Shown: positions 37,157-50,171 of the stretch, in pieces
How the letters are laid out: every line of letters begins with the position of its first letter
Numbering within the stretch: the stretch's first letter is position 1
DNA from: Narcine bancroftii
Lineage: Eukaryota
Assembly: GCF_036971445.1 (NCBI RefSeq)
Contig: NC_091473.1
Span: 227,478,001-227,538,761 of the forward strand
Length of the DNA stretch: 60,761 bases
Direction of reading: 5' to 3'
Notes under the pieces: generated by a model
Database searches by the model: none
The model's input: only the letters and a program-made list of their open reading frames with translations
Told to the model about the DNA's origin: nothing
Position numbers and translations under genes: made by a program

Positions 37157-39670
37157 GGGGGGGCGTGGCAAGATGGCGTAGGGAACAGACGTGCCTTCCA
37201 GACCTCTCCTGTCTCTGATTTATTGTTTTGTCTTTAAGTGCCTGTTAAAGTTCTTTTAAAAGTTTATAAATAATAAGAGGTGTTGGATTAGTGCTTAATG
37301 GTTTATATGCAAAAAAAAAGGTAAAAGAAAACATCAACAGACTGTTAAAAAACTATATTTTCCGAAATTGTCTGAGCCTACTTGTTTACAAGAAGCCAGG
37401 ACTCAACGAAGAATGGATCCAGAGGAAGACGTACAGAGTTCGGCATTGAAACTCCGTTTTAAGCCGGTGAGGCTCTTTGAAGGTCGTATTCAACAGCTTT
37501 CAGACCAAAGAGCTGGAGGGGTGCCAGTATTTCACACAACGGCTACTGTGAGTGCTGTTACTCAGACTTTGACAGTTCAATCAGCTGGGGCGCCACCAGC
37601 TGGAGAGTTAAAGAGCTGTCATTCGACTGCTACAGTGGTGGCGCTGCAAAATGCATCTTCAATTACAATGGTTTTTCCAGACATCGATTCAGTGAAGATG
37701 ATTAAAGAGATTTGGCTTAAAGATAACTCTGATCTTCAGTCTCCTGGCATTGCTGGGGGGACTTTGAGAGGGATTTTTATATGAAATCAAACTTCTAGAA
37801 AAGATACTAAATTAAGGGAAGGGACAGAAGATCCTGTGGTCTCTAAGGAACAGCAAGACCCCATTATGCCTGAATCTACTTCTGTTGAAATGTCTGTTAA
37901 GGATCTTGAAGATAAGATATATTCTGTATCGAGTCACTTAGCTAATTTTGTGAACCTGTTTATTTCCAAGATTAATGCGATGGCGGAAGTCATTAATGGA
38001 GCTTTTAAGCTTGAAACCATTGAAAGATTTGAAATGTGTGATCAAGGTTTAGTCGATGCACAGGATCAACTGCAAGATGAAAATAGAATAATTGAAACAT
38101 TGCAGATCCAAGATAAAAATTTAGCAAAAAAGGTTCATGATTTGGAGAATCAATCTAGACGGAACAACGTGAAAATTGTTGGTTTGCCAGAAGGCATAGA
38201 AGGACCAGATCCAAGAAAATTTTTTACTGAATGGATTCCACGAGTGTTAGGACAGGATAAATTCCCTGAAGGTTTAATACTGGAATGTGCTTATAGAGTT
38301 TTAAGAAGAAAATCTTTTTCAGGACAGAATCCAAGATCTGTTTTGATCCGTTGTTTAAACAATTGTGACAGAGAGACAATTTTACGTACGGCTATTAGAA
38401 ATGCTCAGCAAAATAGATCTCCTTTGATGGTTCAGAATAATCCTGTTTTCTTCTATCAAGATTTGAGTCAAGAAATTATGCTTCAATGACGCGAATTTAA
38501 TTCTGTGAAAGAACGGTTGTGGATAAAAAGACATAAGGCAACATTCAGGTATTCTGCGGTACTGAAGATTTTTTAGGATGGAAATTAGCCAAAGTTCTTT
38601 GACAATCCTAGAGAGGTTATGGACTTTGCTCAGTCTCTACCAATCATGCAGTTTCAGGAACGATGTAGTCCTTTAAGGTCTCCAAAGAGAGTAGAGATAT
38701 AAGGTGGGATCCAGATTTTTAAAAGAAATGGAAGCAATGGTGACCGAAGTGGTAATGTTGATTTAAAAAAATAAATCTTTTATCTTTTTTTTTGAGATAG
38801 TTTAAATAATGATGATAGTTTAATGAAATGGGAGTTGGGAGAGGGAACTGGGTGGGCACTAGTTTCCAGAAGTCATCAGCTACCTGTGAGTTATCTCACA
38901 CCCAATATTTTGGGGGAGTTACTGCTTTGGGCGGTTTAAACAGGAGGAGGTAGTTGTGACCTCCGACCTGTTTTTTTTTTCTTTTTAATTTTTGGGTTAA
39001 GAAGTGAAGGTTTTTTTTATTATTTTTTTAAAATAAATATTTTTTTTTATTTTTAACTCTTTTTGTTTTCTGGTTGTAATTGAGAGGGAATTAGGAGGTT
39101 TTTTTTCTCTCCTTTTTTTTCTTTTTTTTGGGGGGGTTTCTCTTTTTTCTTTCTTTTTTAAGAGGATGATGTCACAGAAGATAATAAGTCAAAAATTGAG
39201 GATGTTGAATTAGATGAAGAGGAAGATGAGGGGAAAGGTGATAAGAAGAAAAAGAAGAAAATTAAGTACAAATACATTGAGGGAGAAGAGTTTAATAAAA
39301 TTAAGTTAATTTCGATAGAGAATTTTGAAGATGTTATAAATGAAGAATATGGAGAATTTTATAAGAGTTTGAACTTTTTTTTCTTTTTTTATATAAGGGG
39401 AGGGGAAGGGAATAAAAAGTTTATCTGATTGTTTTTCTAAGGGATGTTTTTGTTCTCTCGATGAATTATAAAGGAAACTTGGTATTAATGGAAATTCTGT
39501 ATTTATGTATTATTAATTATGATTTTTTGTATAACAGATATGTGGTTGATATATGATTTTAATCTTTGAACTTAGTTTTAAAGTGGATTTCATTTGTTAA
39601 ATACATGTATAATGTTTGATTTAAATATATGTTTAAGGGTATTATTTTAGTATTGATTTTTTTTTGTGCC
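37157..39670 (+). mobile_element. L1-clade element with disrupted ORF1 and no recognisable ORF2 (HAL1-like)
   Basis: 5' end GGGGGGGCGTGGCAAGATGGCG; ORF1p motifs DLENQSRRNNVKIVGLPEGIEG, FFYQDLS and FRYSAVLKI; ORF1 spans ~37298-38774 with one A-run slip and 5 in-frame stops; 3' boundary approximate. Confidence 0.85.
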
Positions 39671-40514
39671 TTAGGTGATTGTGAAATTATTTCACCAATG
39701 TTAGTTCTTCACGTGTACTTTTCATAATGCATGGCCTACAACCAATTCACTCAACGCAATGAAAAGGTTGAAGAACAACATGACAATCACTTTACTCTAA
39801 CCAACAATACTGAGTGAAATCCAAGGTGGAATGAAGCAAAGATGTGGTTTTTTATTTTACAGCAAATCAGTCACAAAAACATTTCGTGGAAATAGCCCCC
39901 TCCTATGACATAATGTGTGCACTGCAAGGGGATCACAGTTCACAACAATTCCACATTTAACCTATTACAGATCATCGTCAGTCCAGCTTCCCCAAATTGT
40001 CCCACCCACACTCATTCCATTGTATTTGTCCCACATCCCTCTAAACTCATCCTAACCATGGATTTGTCCAATTTTATTCTTAGATATTGCAACGGTACCT
40101 GCTTCAACCACCTTCTCCTTCTTCGCCCGTCGTCTCTCCACTCCCTGTCTCCTTTCGCGCAGACATGATAAATTCTCCCTAGTCCCTTATCACATCCAAT
40201 GAACACCTTCTATTGGTCTGGATTCCTTCCCCATTGTTTGAATTCTGAGACTTTCTGATCTATCCTGCTTCCGCCTTTTCTGATTTTTTTCCTTGAGGAA
40301 GGGTCAGGCCTGAGATGCCGGCACTGTATCTTTGTCTTCTATAGATGCTGAAAAGACCAACTGAGTTCCTCCAGCATTTTGGTGTGTTTACTCCAATCAC
40401 AGCGTCTGCAGCCTATAGTGTTTTGCTCACCGAGAGGCTGTTCCATACCCTCACTACCCTCAGTGTAAAAAGGTTATCCTCAGGTTCCTGTCAAGTCTTT
40501 TGCCCCTCACTTAG

Positions 40515-40760
40515 TTTTTTTTAAATTTAGACATACAACACAGTAACAGGCCCTTCCGGTCCATGAGCGCATGCCGCCCAATTACACCCGATTGACCTAC
40601 ACCCCAAGTATGTTGTGAATGGTGGGAGGAAACCAGAACATCTCGAGGAAATTCACGCAGTGTGGAGAATGTACAAACTCCTTACAGACTACTCCAGATT
40701 CGAACCCGAGTCACTGGCACTGTAACAGCATGGTGCTAAGTACTACACTAACCATGCCAC
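40515..40760 (-). mobile_element. tRNA-derived SINE inside a reverse CR1 fragment (~40430-41040)
   Basis: Reverse-complement B-box GATTCGAACCC and A-box; same family as 21372. Confidence 0.7.
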
Positions 40761-42064
40761 ACCTTAAACCTATGCCTTCCAGTTAGCGATTTCCCCTACT
40801 CTGGGAAAATGATTCTCTGCGTTCACCTGATCCATTCCTCTCGTGATTTGTGTGATCACCCCTTATCCTCTTGCGCACCAAGAAATAAAGCCCTAGCCTG
40901 CTCAACCTCTCCTATAATTCCTGCCCACCATCACCCCCCCCCCCCACCCCCCAACCACCACAGCAAGCCTTGGCCACATCCTTGTAAATCTTCTCTGCAC
41001 CCTCAGCAGCTGGACAACATCTTGCCTGCAGCACGGTGACCAAAACTATCTTGGGCTTCCAGAAAATTGACATCCCAGTCACTATAGGATCGCAATATAG
41101 GCATTGCCCATAAAGGCCACCCAGAAACCAATGTCAAGGGAATGATGTCAATCTTCAAGATATTGGAATCACCCAAAGACACATGGGTTATCATTGGTCT
41201 TGATATTAGGTCCCCCATGGTAGAAGATATCAGTTCTCTGACTATAAAAATTAGCATCCCAAAGCATCCTTGCATTTTTTGATGAGGAAGAGACCTTCAG
41301 CAGAGATTGGCTTAGCTTTCATACATCAAAAGATCCATCTCATTGATTCATTAGTAGATTTTAGTGTCTAAGAACAGTTCCTGGCAAAGAAAACAGTCCA
41401 AACAACAATTTCAGTTTGATTTGGACATCACGTTCAGTGCAGACACATCGGTTGAAAGGCCTGTCCTTGTGCTGTACTCTCTATGTTCCAAAACATGGAA
41501 GTGTGGAGTGACACCGTATTCAGTGGCCAGAAGACCACTAGCTCCACCCAGTTTTGTGCACCCTATATCTACACAGATACCCCACAGGATAGATGAAATG
41601 CAAAAGCTAATGTGGTGAAACACCAGCAATTTGGATTTATAACAATACAGCCAGGGAGACAGTTCCTGCAAAACATCAAAACCACATTGGAGAGCAAGCA
41701 TTTCCATACGAGACGTTCCCTTCCAAAGTCACCCTCAGGATAAAATGCGTGGTCGTGGCATGGATACGTCCACAGAGCCAACAAACTTGATAAACTCAAA
41801 ATGAAAGTAGAAAAGCAGTTTTCAGTTTTCATTTTAGAAACTGGGCAGGACCACTTCACTCCACCAACACTCTCACATTTGGAAATTATCAAGTGTTAGC
41901 CATTGCACAAGCTTAAACCTTCCTCCGAACTCAAAGGCCTTGCATCGAAACAATACTAAGATGAAGAAAACCAAAATGTTTCGTTTAGGAAAGGAAGTGG
42001 TGTGGTTATGTTGTTACAAAGCTGTGTAAGAACATTTTGTAAAGAATATTAAGTCATTTTTAAT

Positions 42065-42292
42065 TTAATCCTTTTAAAAATTTAGCCATATAGTACAAAA
42101 ACAGGCGGGCCCATGAGCCCGTGCAGCCTAATTACACCCAATTAACCTACAACCCCCATTTTTGAACGGTGGGAGATAAACCAGGGCCACTGGAGGAAAT
42201 CCAGGGAGACATACAAAATCCTTACAGCCACCCCATCCCGATTGCTGGCGCTGTAACGTCATTGTGCTAACCGCTTCGCTAACTGTGCCGTC
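42065..42292 (-). mobile_element. tRNA-derived SINE, internally deleted
   Basis: Similar to 40515-40760. Confidence 0.65.
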
Positions 42293-43077
42293 CTGCATAC
42301 TCTGCTTACTTCCTTTGCATTATCAGTCACGAATAGATTTGCAGTTTACAGAGTGAGGTGAGGGTTTATAATTACTAGGGGCAAAATAAAGGTCCCCTTC
42401 AATAAACTATCAGCAAATAAGAGGATATCCAAGATGCTGAGAAACTAGAAAAAAATAAACGATAGTCGATGTTTTGGCCTGAAACTCTTTATCTGGAGTA
42501 ACATCAATGATCTTTTATAAGATATTTATAAGACAAAGGAGATGATAATTGGCTTCAAGAGAGGGAGCAAAATAGACACCCTTGTCCACAGTAAAGGCAG
42601 TGAAGTTGAAAGAGTACACACCAACTGGTTAAAGGCAGTTTCATCACGGCAGCCATCAGGCTCCTGGATGAACAAAACAAATGCTCTTATGCTTACCTTG
42701 TTTGGTGCTGTTACACACTCTTTTAATTATGTTTGGGACAAAAGGGTTTTTGTTATCCTCAATGATGGGGTGCAGGGAGGGGCTGTTGATCCTGTTCATC
42801 CTGCACATTTCCAGCCAGCTGTCATTAATGGCTGTGGCGGTTGGCCAATGTGACCGCCTCCTCTCTGTAAGGAAGGCGGTTCCTCGTGGGCATCAGCGCT
42901 GAAATAAATGTCCTTTCCTCCCACGGTCTACGACACCTGGAACACCACGACACCCGCGTTGTGCCCTGACAATTTGCAGGCCATCGATTGAAGTGGACTT
43001 TTACTGTTGCGGCAGTTAGCTTGGAACAGCTAACTGAAACTAATGGTAAAGTGTTCAACACACTGAGAGGGAGTGGG

Positions 43078-43080
<3 letters not shown>

Positions 43081-43115
<35 letters not shown>
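43081..43115. repeat. (AG)n microsatellite, ~17 units
   Basis: Read directly from the sequence. Confidence 0.95.
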
Positions 43116-43118
<3 letters not shown>

Positions 43119-43510
43119 CACAGATGCTACAATTTGTCTGTAATTTCCCTTTACATAGGTCTCCCCATTTTCTAATCCTTTGTTGACTCTATTCTTAAAA
43201 GTGCGGATTTTCACCATGACACAGTTCCTGGAATACCAGGCATCCTCCATTTTCTGACCCAAGTGATCAGATTAGATACAGTATCTCGCTCAACAGGCAG
43301 TTTCAAATAATTAAGTTGACTACAGGAGATGAGGCTACTCCACCTTGGAGCTAAGACTCGATTTGTTCCTGCAGTCAAAGTGATTATGCTATCATGAAAG
43401 ACATGGGTTCATATAATTATCTTGAAATAACACGGTGCCGCTGAATAACACACAAAGTGGCCCATCTGTTTATTCACACTTCTTGTATGATGCTATCTTA
43501 ATTTCTATGG

Positions 43511-44699
43511 CAGGGGTGTCAAACTCAAATTCATGGAGGGCCAAAATTAAAAACTTGGACTAAGTCGAGGGCCGAACTAAATATTTATTGAAAATTTTCA
43601 ACAACATCTGCATGTTTTCTCTTCTTTCAACATATGTAATGTTAAACTTTAGGATATAACTTTAGGAGGATAATGTTACAGGTCAGGAGTAGGTAGCTCA
43701 AGTTCACCCTTTGCTTGACCTGAGGGAAACCTATTTGGTCCCTGTGGAGATGTAGTCAGCATTCACAGGCTGTGTCCATTTTGGCCTGCATCAGGACTCA
43801 GCATTTCCTGCTCACTCCTCAGGCTCTAGGCCTCTATTCACCCTCGACCCACCATCCCTCTACCTGACCAGTCCTTTACCCAACCTCTACTCACCTCTCA
43901 CTCCACTCGCTCTGCCTCTACCCACCCCATCCTATACACGCCCCTCTACTGCCTCTCCCCTCAACCTGTTCCTCCCTCTACCCGTCTCTCACTCTCTAAT
44001 CACCCCTCCCCTACTCGCCCTGGCCCTCCCCTTTTACCTCTTCCCTATCCACCCCTCCTTCTACTCATTCCTCCCTCTAACTGCCCCTCGCACCACCATA
44101 ACTTCCCCTGCCCATTACTCCTCACCTACACCCTCTGCCCACCCCTGCTGACCCACCCACTCAGGCCCAGCCTTTGCCGATCAGCCTTTGCGGACAGCCA
44201 CCATCTCTCTCTTCACGTGCAGGGTCGAACCAGCCGTCCCTGGGGTCCGCGCGGGTGCAAGCGCTGAAGGCCGTGGCGACCAGGAGAAGTGCGCTCGCGC
44301 TGTGGAAGGGCCGTCCGGTGCCAGTCGCGCAGGGCTCGCGCTGCCCGGGGGCCGTGCACAGCCTGCCATGCCCGTCGCGCCGACAGGAAATCACAGGCGC
44401 TCGCCCATCCGCCGCACCGCTCGACAGGTGGGAGAAGTGACTGGTTGTGCGGGGAGCCTTCCAACCAGCTTGCCGGCTGATGACATCGACAGACTTCTCG
44501 TGTTACAATTTCTCGTGTTACAATGGGGAAGGATGTGCAATGAAGGGGGAGGATGGTGGGGATGACATTACCAAAAAACAGCATCGGCTCTCGCTGCAGG
44601 GCGGGCCACCTTTAATACATTTTTGAAATGATCTTGCAGGCCAAATATAATTATATCGCGGGCCAAATTTGGCCCGGGGGCCAGAGTTTGACATGTGTG
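43511..44699. mobile_element. Non-autonomous hAT element (1189 bp) with a GC-rich internal segment
   Basis: Termini CAGGGGTGTCAAACTC / GAGTTTGACATGTGTG; exact 8-bp TSD TTCTATGG (43503-43510 / 44700-44707). Confidence 0.88.
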
Positions 44700-46164
44700 T
44701 TCTATGGTGATACAATTGGCAAGGATGTTCCTTGGAAAATAATTGAATTTCAGTCATGAGTATTCTGCAGAATACTTTCAAGGTTTGAAAGTATATGTAG
44801 GTATGAACATCAATGCAATTGAATTCTTAAAAGGTCAATACAATTAAACTCTAATAATCTGGCATCTCTGGGACTTAGCTCATTTTCCATCTGCAACAAA
44901 AGTTTAAATTGGTTGTCAGATTTTTCAGACCATTGGATGTTGCTCTGATCGATACCCCAGCACAGTTCAAAGGGATCCCAATGAGATTAAAGAGAACATG
45001 GGTCCAGATCTGATTGACTTAAAACCATGGAACCATAAAACTCTATAGTACAGAAAACAGGCCATTTGGCCCTTTTAGTCTGTGCTAAAACATCTGCACC
45101 TAGAGTGGGGGAGCTCATTCCCTTTGATTAACCACCTTGCATGCTTGTACTTGCCTTACAATGAGATGTCTACTGGTCTGCTCGCAAAACAACCACAAGC
45201 GATGCAACTTCAATACGTGGTATTGAACTTGAACTTTATTGCTGAGATCAGGCTTCTATAGAAACCTGGTCATTGTGGCGGTAGGTGACTCCCAGAGGAG
45301 ATGATGCCCCAGTATCACTCAGCTTCCTGAACACTCTTGTGAGTTAGGCACGTAGCTCTCGAAAATGATAAGGCAATGAGGGCATCCTGTACTGATAAAA
45401 CACAGAGCAACTTCTTGTTAGACAGGATGGATGAGGCTTTGGACAGGGTGCAGAAAAGGTTCATCTGAATGTTGCCTGGATTGGAGTGGGTTAGTTACAG
45501 AGAGGTTGGACAAGCTTGAACTGCTTTGGCTGAAGCATCGAAGGTTGAGGGGCCAAACAGATATAGGTAAATAAAATTATGAGAAGCTTAAATAGGGTAG
45601 CCAGTCTTTATTCCATTGTGGAAATGTCATATCCTAGAAAACCAAGGTTTAATATAAGCAAGTAAGAACTTAAAAAAGGAGTCTTGCCTTGCACACCTTT
45701 AAGAGACTAAATTGATGCCTGGAACACACCAGTACAGGTGGTGGTAGAAGCAGATGCAATAGCATCAATTAAGAGGCATTTAGTAGTAAGTAAATTATTG
45801 GAAGGTGTTCCTAGAGATTGGATATACAGATGCTCCTCTACTTAGGATGTCTTGACTTGCGATTTTTTGAGGTTACAATGGTACGATAGTAATACTCAAT
45901 CTAATGAAACTACTGAACCTGTAGTACAGTCACTTATCACTGTGGCTTCACAATTCACTTGCATGTTGGTGTAGATGTGACTGTCCTTTATTGGTTATTG
46001 TGCAACAGCTAACGAATGCTTTGGCTAGTGCTATATTTTATGATTAAAAATTGTTTATTTTCAGTGTGGAATAAAAGATAATCAACATTTAATTATAAAA
46101 AATAGGGTTTGTTTTAGAAAAATTTGCCCAGCTGTAGGCTATGGTAAGTGGTTTTCAAAGAAGG

Positions 46165-46980
46165 TTTTCAAAGCTTACAGAGGGATCTCAACCAGCTGGG
46201 AAAATGGCTGAAAAGTGGCAGATGAAATTTAATGCAGAGAAGTGTGAGGTGCTGCATTTTGAAAGGACAAACCAAGAAAGGACCTACACGGTGAATGGTC
46301 GGGCACTGAGGAGTGCGGTAGAACAGAGGGATATGACAATACAGATACATAGTTCCCTCAAAGTGGCATCACAGGTGGATAGGGTTGAAAAGAGAGCTTT
46401 TGGCATATTGGCCTTCATAAATCAAAGTATTGAGTATAGGAGTTGTAATGTTATGGTAAAGTTGTATAAGACATTAGTGAGGCCAAATGTGGAGTATTAT
46501 GTGCAGTTTTGCTCACCGAACTAAAGATATCAATAAGAAAGAAAGAATACAGAGAAAATTTACTGGGATGTTGCCTGGCTTTCAGGAATTGAGTTACAGG
46601 GAAAGGTCAAACAGGTTAGGACTTTATTACCTGGAGCATAGATTTGATAGAGGTATTTAAAATTATGTGGGGGGAATAGACAGAATAAATGTAGGTAGGC
46701 TTTTTCCACTGAGGTTAGGTGAGGTACTAACCAGAGGACATGGGTTGAGTGAAAGTGGAAAAGTTTAAGGGGAAAATGAGGAGGATTTTCTTCACACAGA
46801 GAGTGGTGGGAGTGTGAAATGAGCTGCCAGCTGACGTTGTGAATGCAGGCTCAATTTCACCATTTAAGAATAATTTGGACAGATACATAGATTGGTGCAG
46901 GTCAGTGGGACAAAGAAAAAAAAATTGACGCAGACTGAAAAGGCCGAAGGAGCCTGCTTCTGTGCTGCAGTGTTCTATGG
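46165..46980 (+). mobile_element. CR1 LINE 3' fragment
   Basis: AEKWQMKFNAEKCEVLHF..LYKTLVRPNVEYYVQF peptide; TTCTATG tail. Confidence 0.85.
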
Positions 46981-48074
46981 CTAGATAGACACATGAATAT
47001 GCAGGTTTAGAGAGAGCCAAACCACATGCAGGTAGATGGGATTAATTTGGCACCATGGTCAGGGCAGACATGATGGGCCATAGAGCCTGTACATACAACC
47101 CCGAGATTCCTTTCTTCTAGTGGGCGCGGCAGAATTACCACTAATTGGTAGTGCAAAAAAGTAAACTGTACACAGCGTGAACTTCCCACGGGCAGTGAGA
47201 ACGCTGAACAGTCAAAGAAACTGCTCAAACTAACCACCCAAGACTCATATTTATGAAACTATACTTATTTATATACATGACTACTTGTCCTGCATATGTA
47301 TTGTTTGTATGTGTGTTATATCTGGTTGTGTGTCTGCGTGTTTTGCACCAAGGACCAGAGAACACTCTTTCGTCAAGTTGTACAATCACACGAGAAGAAG
47401 CTTGACTAGACTTTCAGCAAAAGATAAAGTGGGGAAGCAGGAGATGCAAGAGATGGTTTGAGCTGGTCTTTTAGGCAGGCTGTCACAAATCTTTGTCGAA
47501 AAACAAAGCAGTGGTCCGACTCAATGCCTTGGGAATTGCATAAATTAAGTCGGAGGACAATAATTACAGTTTCAGTCTTAGCTTTAAGGTAGAGAAAACC
47601 TGGATGTTGGACAAGAACTCTGATCACAGAGGCAATGGATCAGACAGGAGATGTTGAAGAGGGAGAGCTGCTTATCATTCTTCCTGTGATAATGGCTCTT
47701 ATTTCTGCAATGTTTTAAGATTGTCTGAGGGTTCGTGTACTTTTTTTCATTAATAAATACAATATGTTTTACCTCCATATTAAGATGAACTTTTTGGCTT
47801 GATAATAAAATATTTTTTTTTAAATCTTGCACTTGCCTGCTGTGGTATTATACTGGATACATACTCATCATTAACAGTAGCACCGTTATGTAATTAATCT
47901 AATGTTGATATTGAATGCCATCCAATGGTAATACCAGAACATGTCTGTAGGAATTTCTCTAGGAAGCATTACAGGTTCTATGTTGCAAGAATACAACAGA
48001 TTGTCTGATTGAGTTGCAACATTCCAAAGGGTCACAATGCCCAAATCCAAGTCTAAGCTAATATATTGTCAGGC

Positions 48075-49275
48075 CATAAAACCTTGAAGTAGAATTAGGC
48101 CATTCAATCCATTGAGTCTTCTCTGCCATTCAAATAACGACTGATGCATCTCTCTTTTCAACCCCATTCTCCTGTCTTCTCCCCATAATCTTTGACACCC
48201 TTACTAATCAAGAATGTACCAACTTCTGCTTTAAATATTCCCAATCACTTGGTCTCCACAGCTGTCTGTGGCAATGAGTTCCGCCCATACTCCACCCTCT
48301 CACTGAAGAAACTTCCTCATTTCTGTTCGAAGAGGGCATCCTTCTATCGAGGCAATTATAGCCTCTGATTATCTGGCATCCTTGGGACTTTGCTCATTTC
48401 CCCCAACATTCACACCAATATTTGAAGCATTTCAATGAGATTGTCCGCTCATGCTTCTAAACTGCACCAAGTGCAGGCCCAGAGGCATTAAACACTCCTC
48501 ATGTTAACTCTCCCATCCCTGGCACCATTCTTGCAAACCTCCTCTGGAACTTCCAGCTCATCCTTCCTTAGATATGGGGCTCAAAACTGCTCACAATATT
48601 CTAAATGTGGTCCAACACCTTATAAAACCTCAGTATTACCTCCTTGCTTTTATATTCAAGTCCTCTCAAAATGAACACTAACATTGCATTTACCTTCCTT
48701 ACTAATAACTCAACCTGACCTTTAGGAAATCATGGATGGGACATTCCACATCCATTAGGGCAGCATGGTGACCATAGCGGTTAGCAGAATGCTGTTACAG
48801 CGCCAGTGATCGAGACCAGGGTTCTAATCCCACGCTGTCTGTTTGTACATTCCTCCTGTGTCTGCATGGGTTTTCCCACTGTTTGAAATGTACCACGGGC
48901 TGTAAGCTAATTCAATGTAATTGGGAGGCATGGGCTTGTGGGGAAAAAGGGACTGCAGGTCTAAATAAAAATTCCATTTTCTGAATTCTCTTCCCATTTA
49001 GAAGCTAGGCCATGCCTTTATTTCTTCTGCCAAGGTGCTTGGCCATGCACTTTGTTAAGCTGTATTCCATCTGCCACTTCTCCACTCATTTTCCCAACCT
49101 ATCCATGTCTTTATGCAGGCTCCCTACTCTCTCAACATGACCCAACCCTCCACCTATCTTCATATCATCTGCCAACTTGCCCAAAAGCAATCAATTCCAT
49201 CATCTAAATCGTTTTCCTGCTTCGAGAAAAGTTGCAGACACATCAAACCCTGCAGACCACCACAAGTCACGGGCA
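48075..49275 (-). mobile_element. Decayed CR1 fragment interrupted by a SINE (~48758-48972, + strand)
   Basis: Similar to the reverse CR1 at 12110-13030; SINE A/B boxes inside; boundaries approximate. Confidence 0.65.
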
Positions 49276-49339
49276 GCCAATCAACCAATCTTCGATCCAT
49301 GACACATTCAATAACTAAACTGGTTTGATCCTTCCAAAT

Positions 49340-49950
49340 GAAGCAACACTTCTGAATGAATCTGCAGGAGTCGTCGACTGCGCCCAGTGCTCCTGTTGTG
49401 GCCTTCTCTACCTTGGGGAGTCTGGACACAGACTGGGAGATCGCTTCGCTGAGAGCCTTCACTCCGTCCACATCAACAACAGGAATCTCCCAGTCACCAC
49501 CATTTCAATTCTATGCCCCACTCCCTTGCTGACACATCTGACCATGGCATCCTGCACTGCCAAACCGAGGCCACCACAACATAGAGCAATGCCTAATATT
49601 CCATCTGGGCACTGGATGGCATTAACATCGACTTCTCTGGTTTCTCCTAGACCACTCCCCATTTACGGTCTCTTCACTATCCCATTGTCTCCTTCCCTCC
49701 AGCTCTCCACCTGCTTCCCTCTCCATTCACAGAATCCTTCCCTAATTTACTGGTGTGCCCTCCCTCCCTTATCCATTTGTTACTTCATGCCCCTGGGCCT
49801 GTGCTTCTCCCTCCCCTCCCCCACCAATATTTTATTCAGGCATTTACCTACCTTGATGGAACACTCAGGCCCAAAACGTTGGTTATGCTTCTTTATCTTT
49901 GCTATGTAAAGTACGGTGTTTGACCAGAGTTTCTCCAGCATTGTGTTTTT
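49340..49950 (+). mobile_element. Penelope-like element, GIY-YIG endonuclease remnant
   Basis: GVVDCAQCSCCGLLYLGESGHRLGDRFAE matches the GIY-YIG pattern YCI.C..C..LYIGET.R.L..RF.EH. Confidence 0.8.
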
Positions 49951-50165
49951 ATCATTTCCATTCTCAGATTGTATTCCATTCCTCATCATGAGCATGAACC
50001 AAAGGTTAATGAGTTGAAGGTTGCAGTATACTGACAACAGAAATGATTGGTTGAATTATGGCTGGAATATCTATACGTGTCCAGACAATTGAAGCTTAAA
50101 CTCCTCCATTATTACATGTTCATGCATCTGTATCAAACACATCTCACTGTGATATCATGCCAACC

Positions 50166-50171
50166 TTTATT
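50166..50171 (-). terminator. Candidate polyadenylation signal of the TSPO-family gene
   Basis: AATAAA on the minus strand ~460 nt after the stop codon. Confidence 0.4.

Noticed and set aside
16276-39670. Causal link between APOBEC2 and the nearby C-to-T-biased L1 element
   Set aside because: Deaminases act in trans, so proximity is not evidence. APOBEC2 is a muscle protein with no firmly established nucleic-acid deaminase activity.
44161-44584. Six overlapping ORFs or an rRNA fragment
   Set aside because: Open frames are expected at this GC content, and I recognise no rRNA or protein motif. The segment is kept only as transposon cargo.
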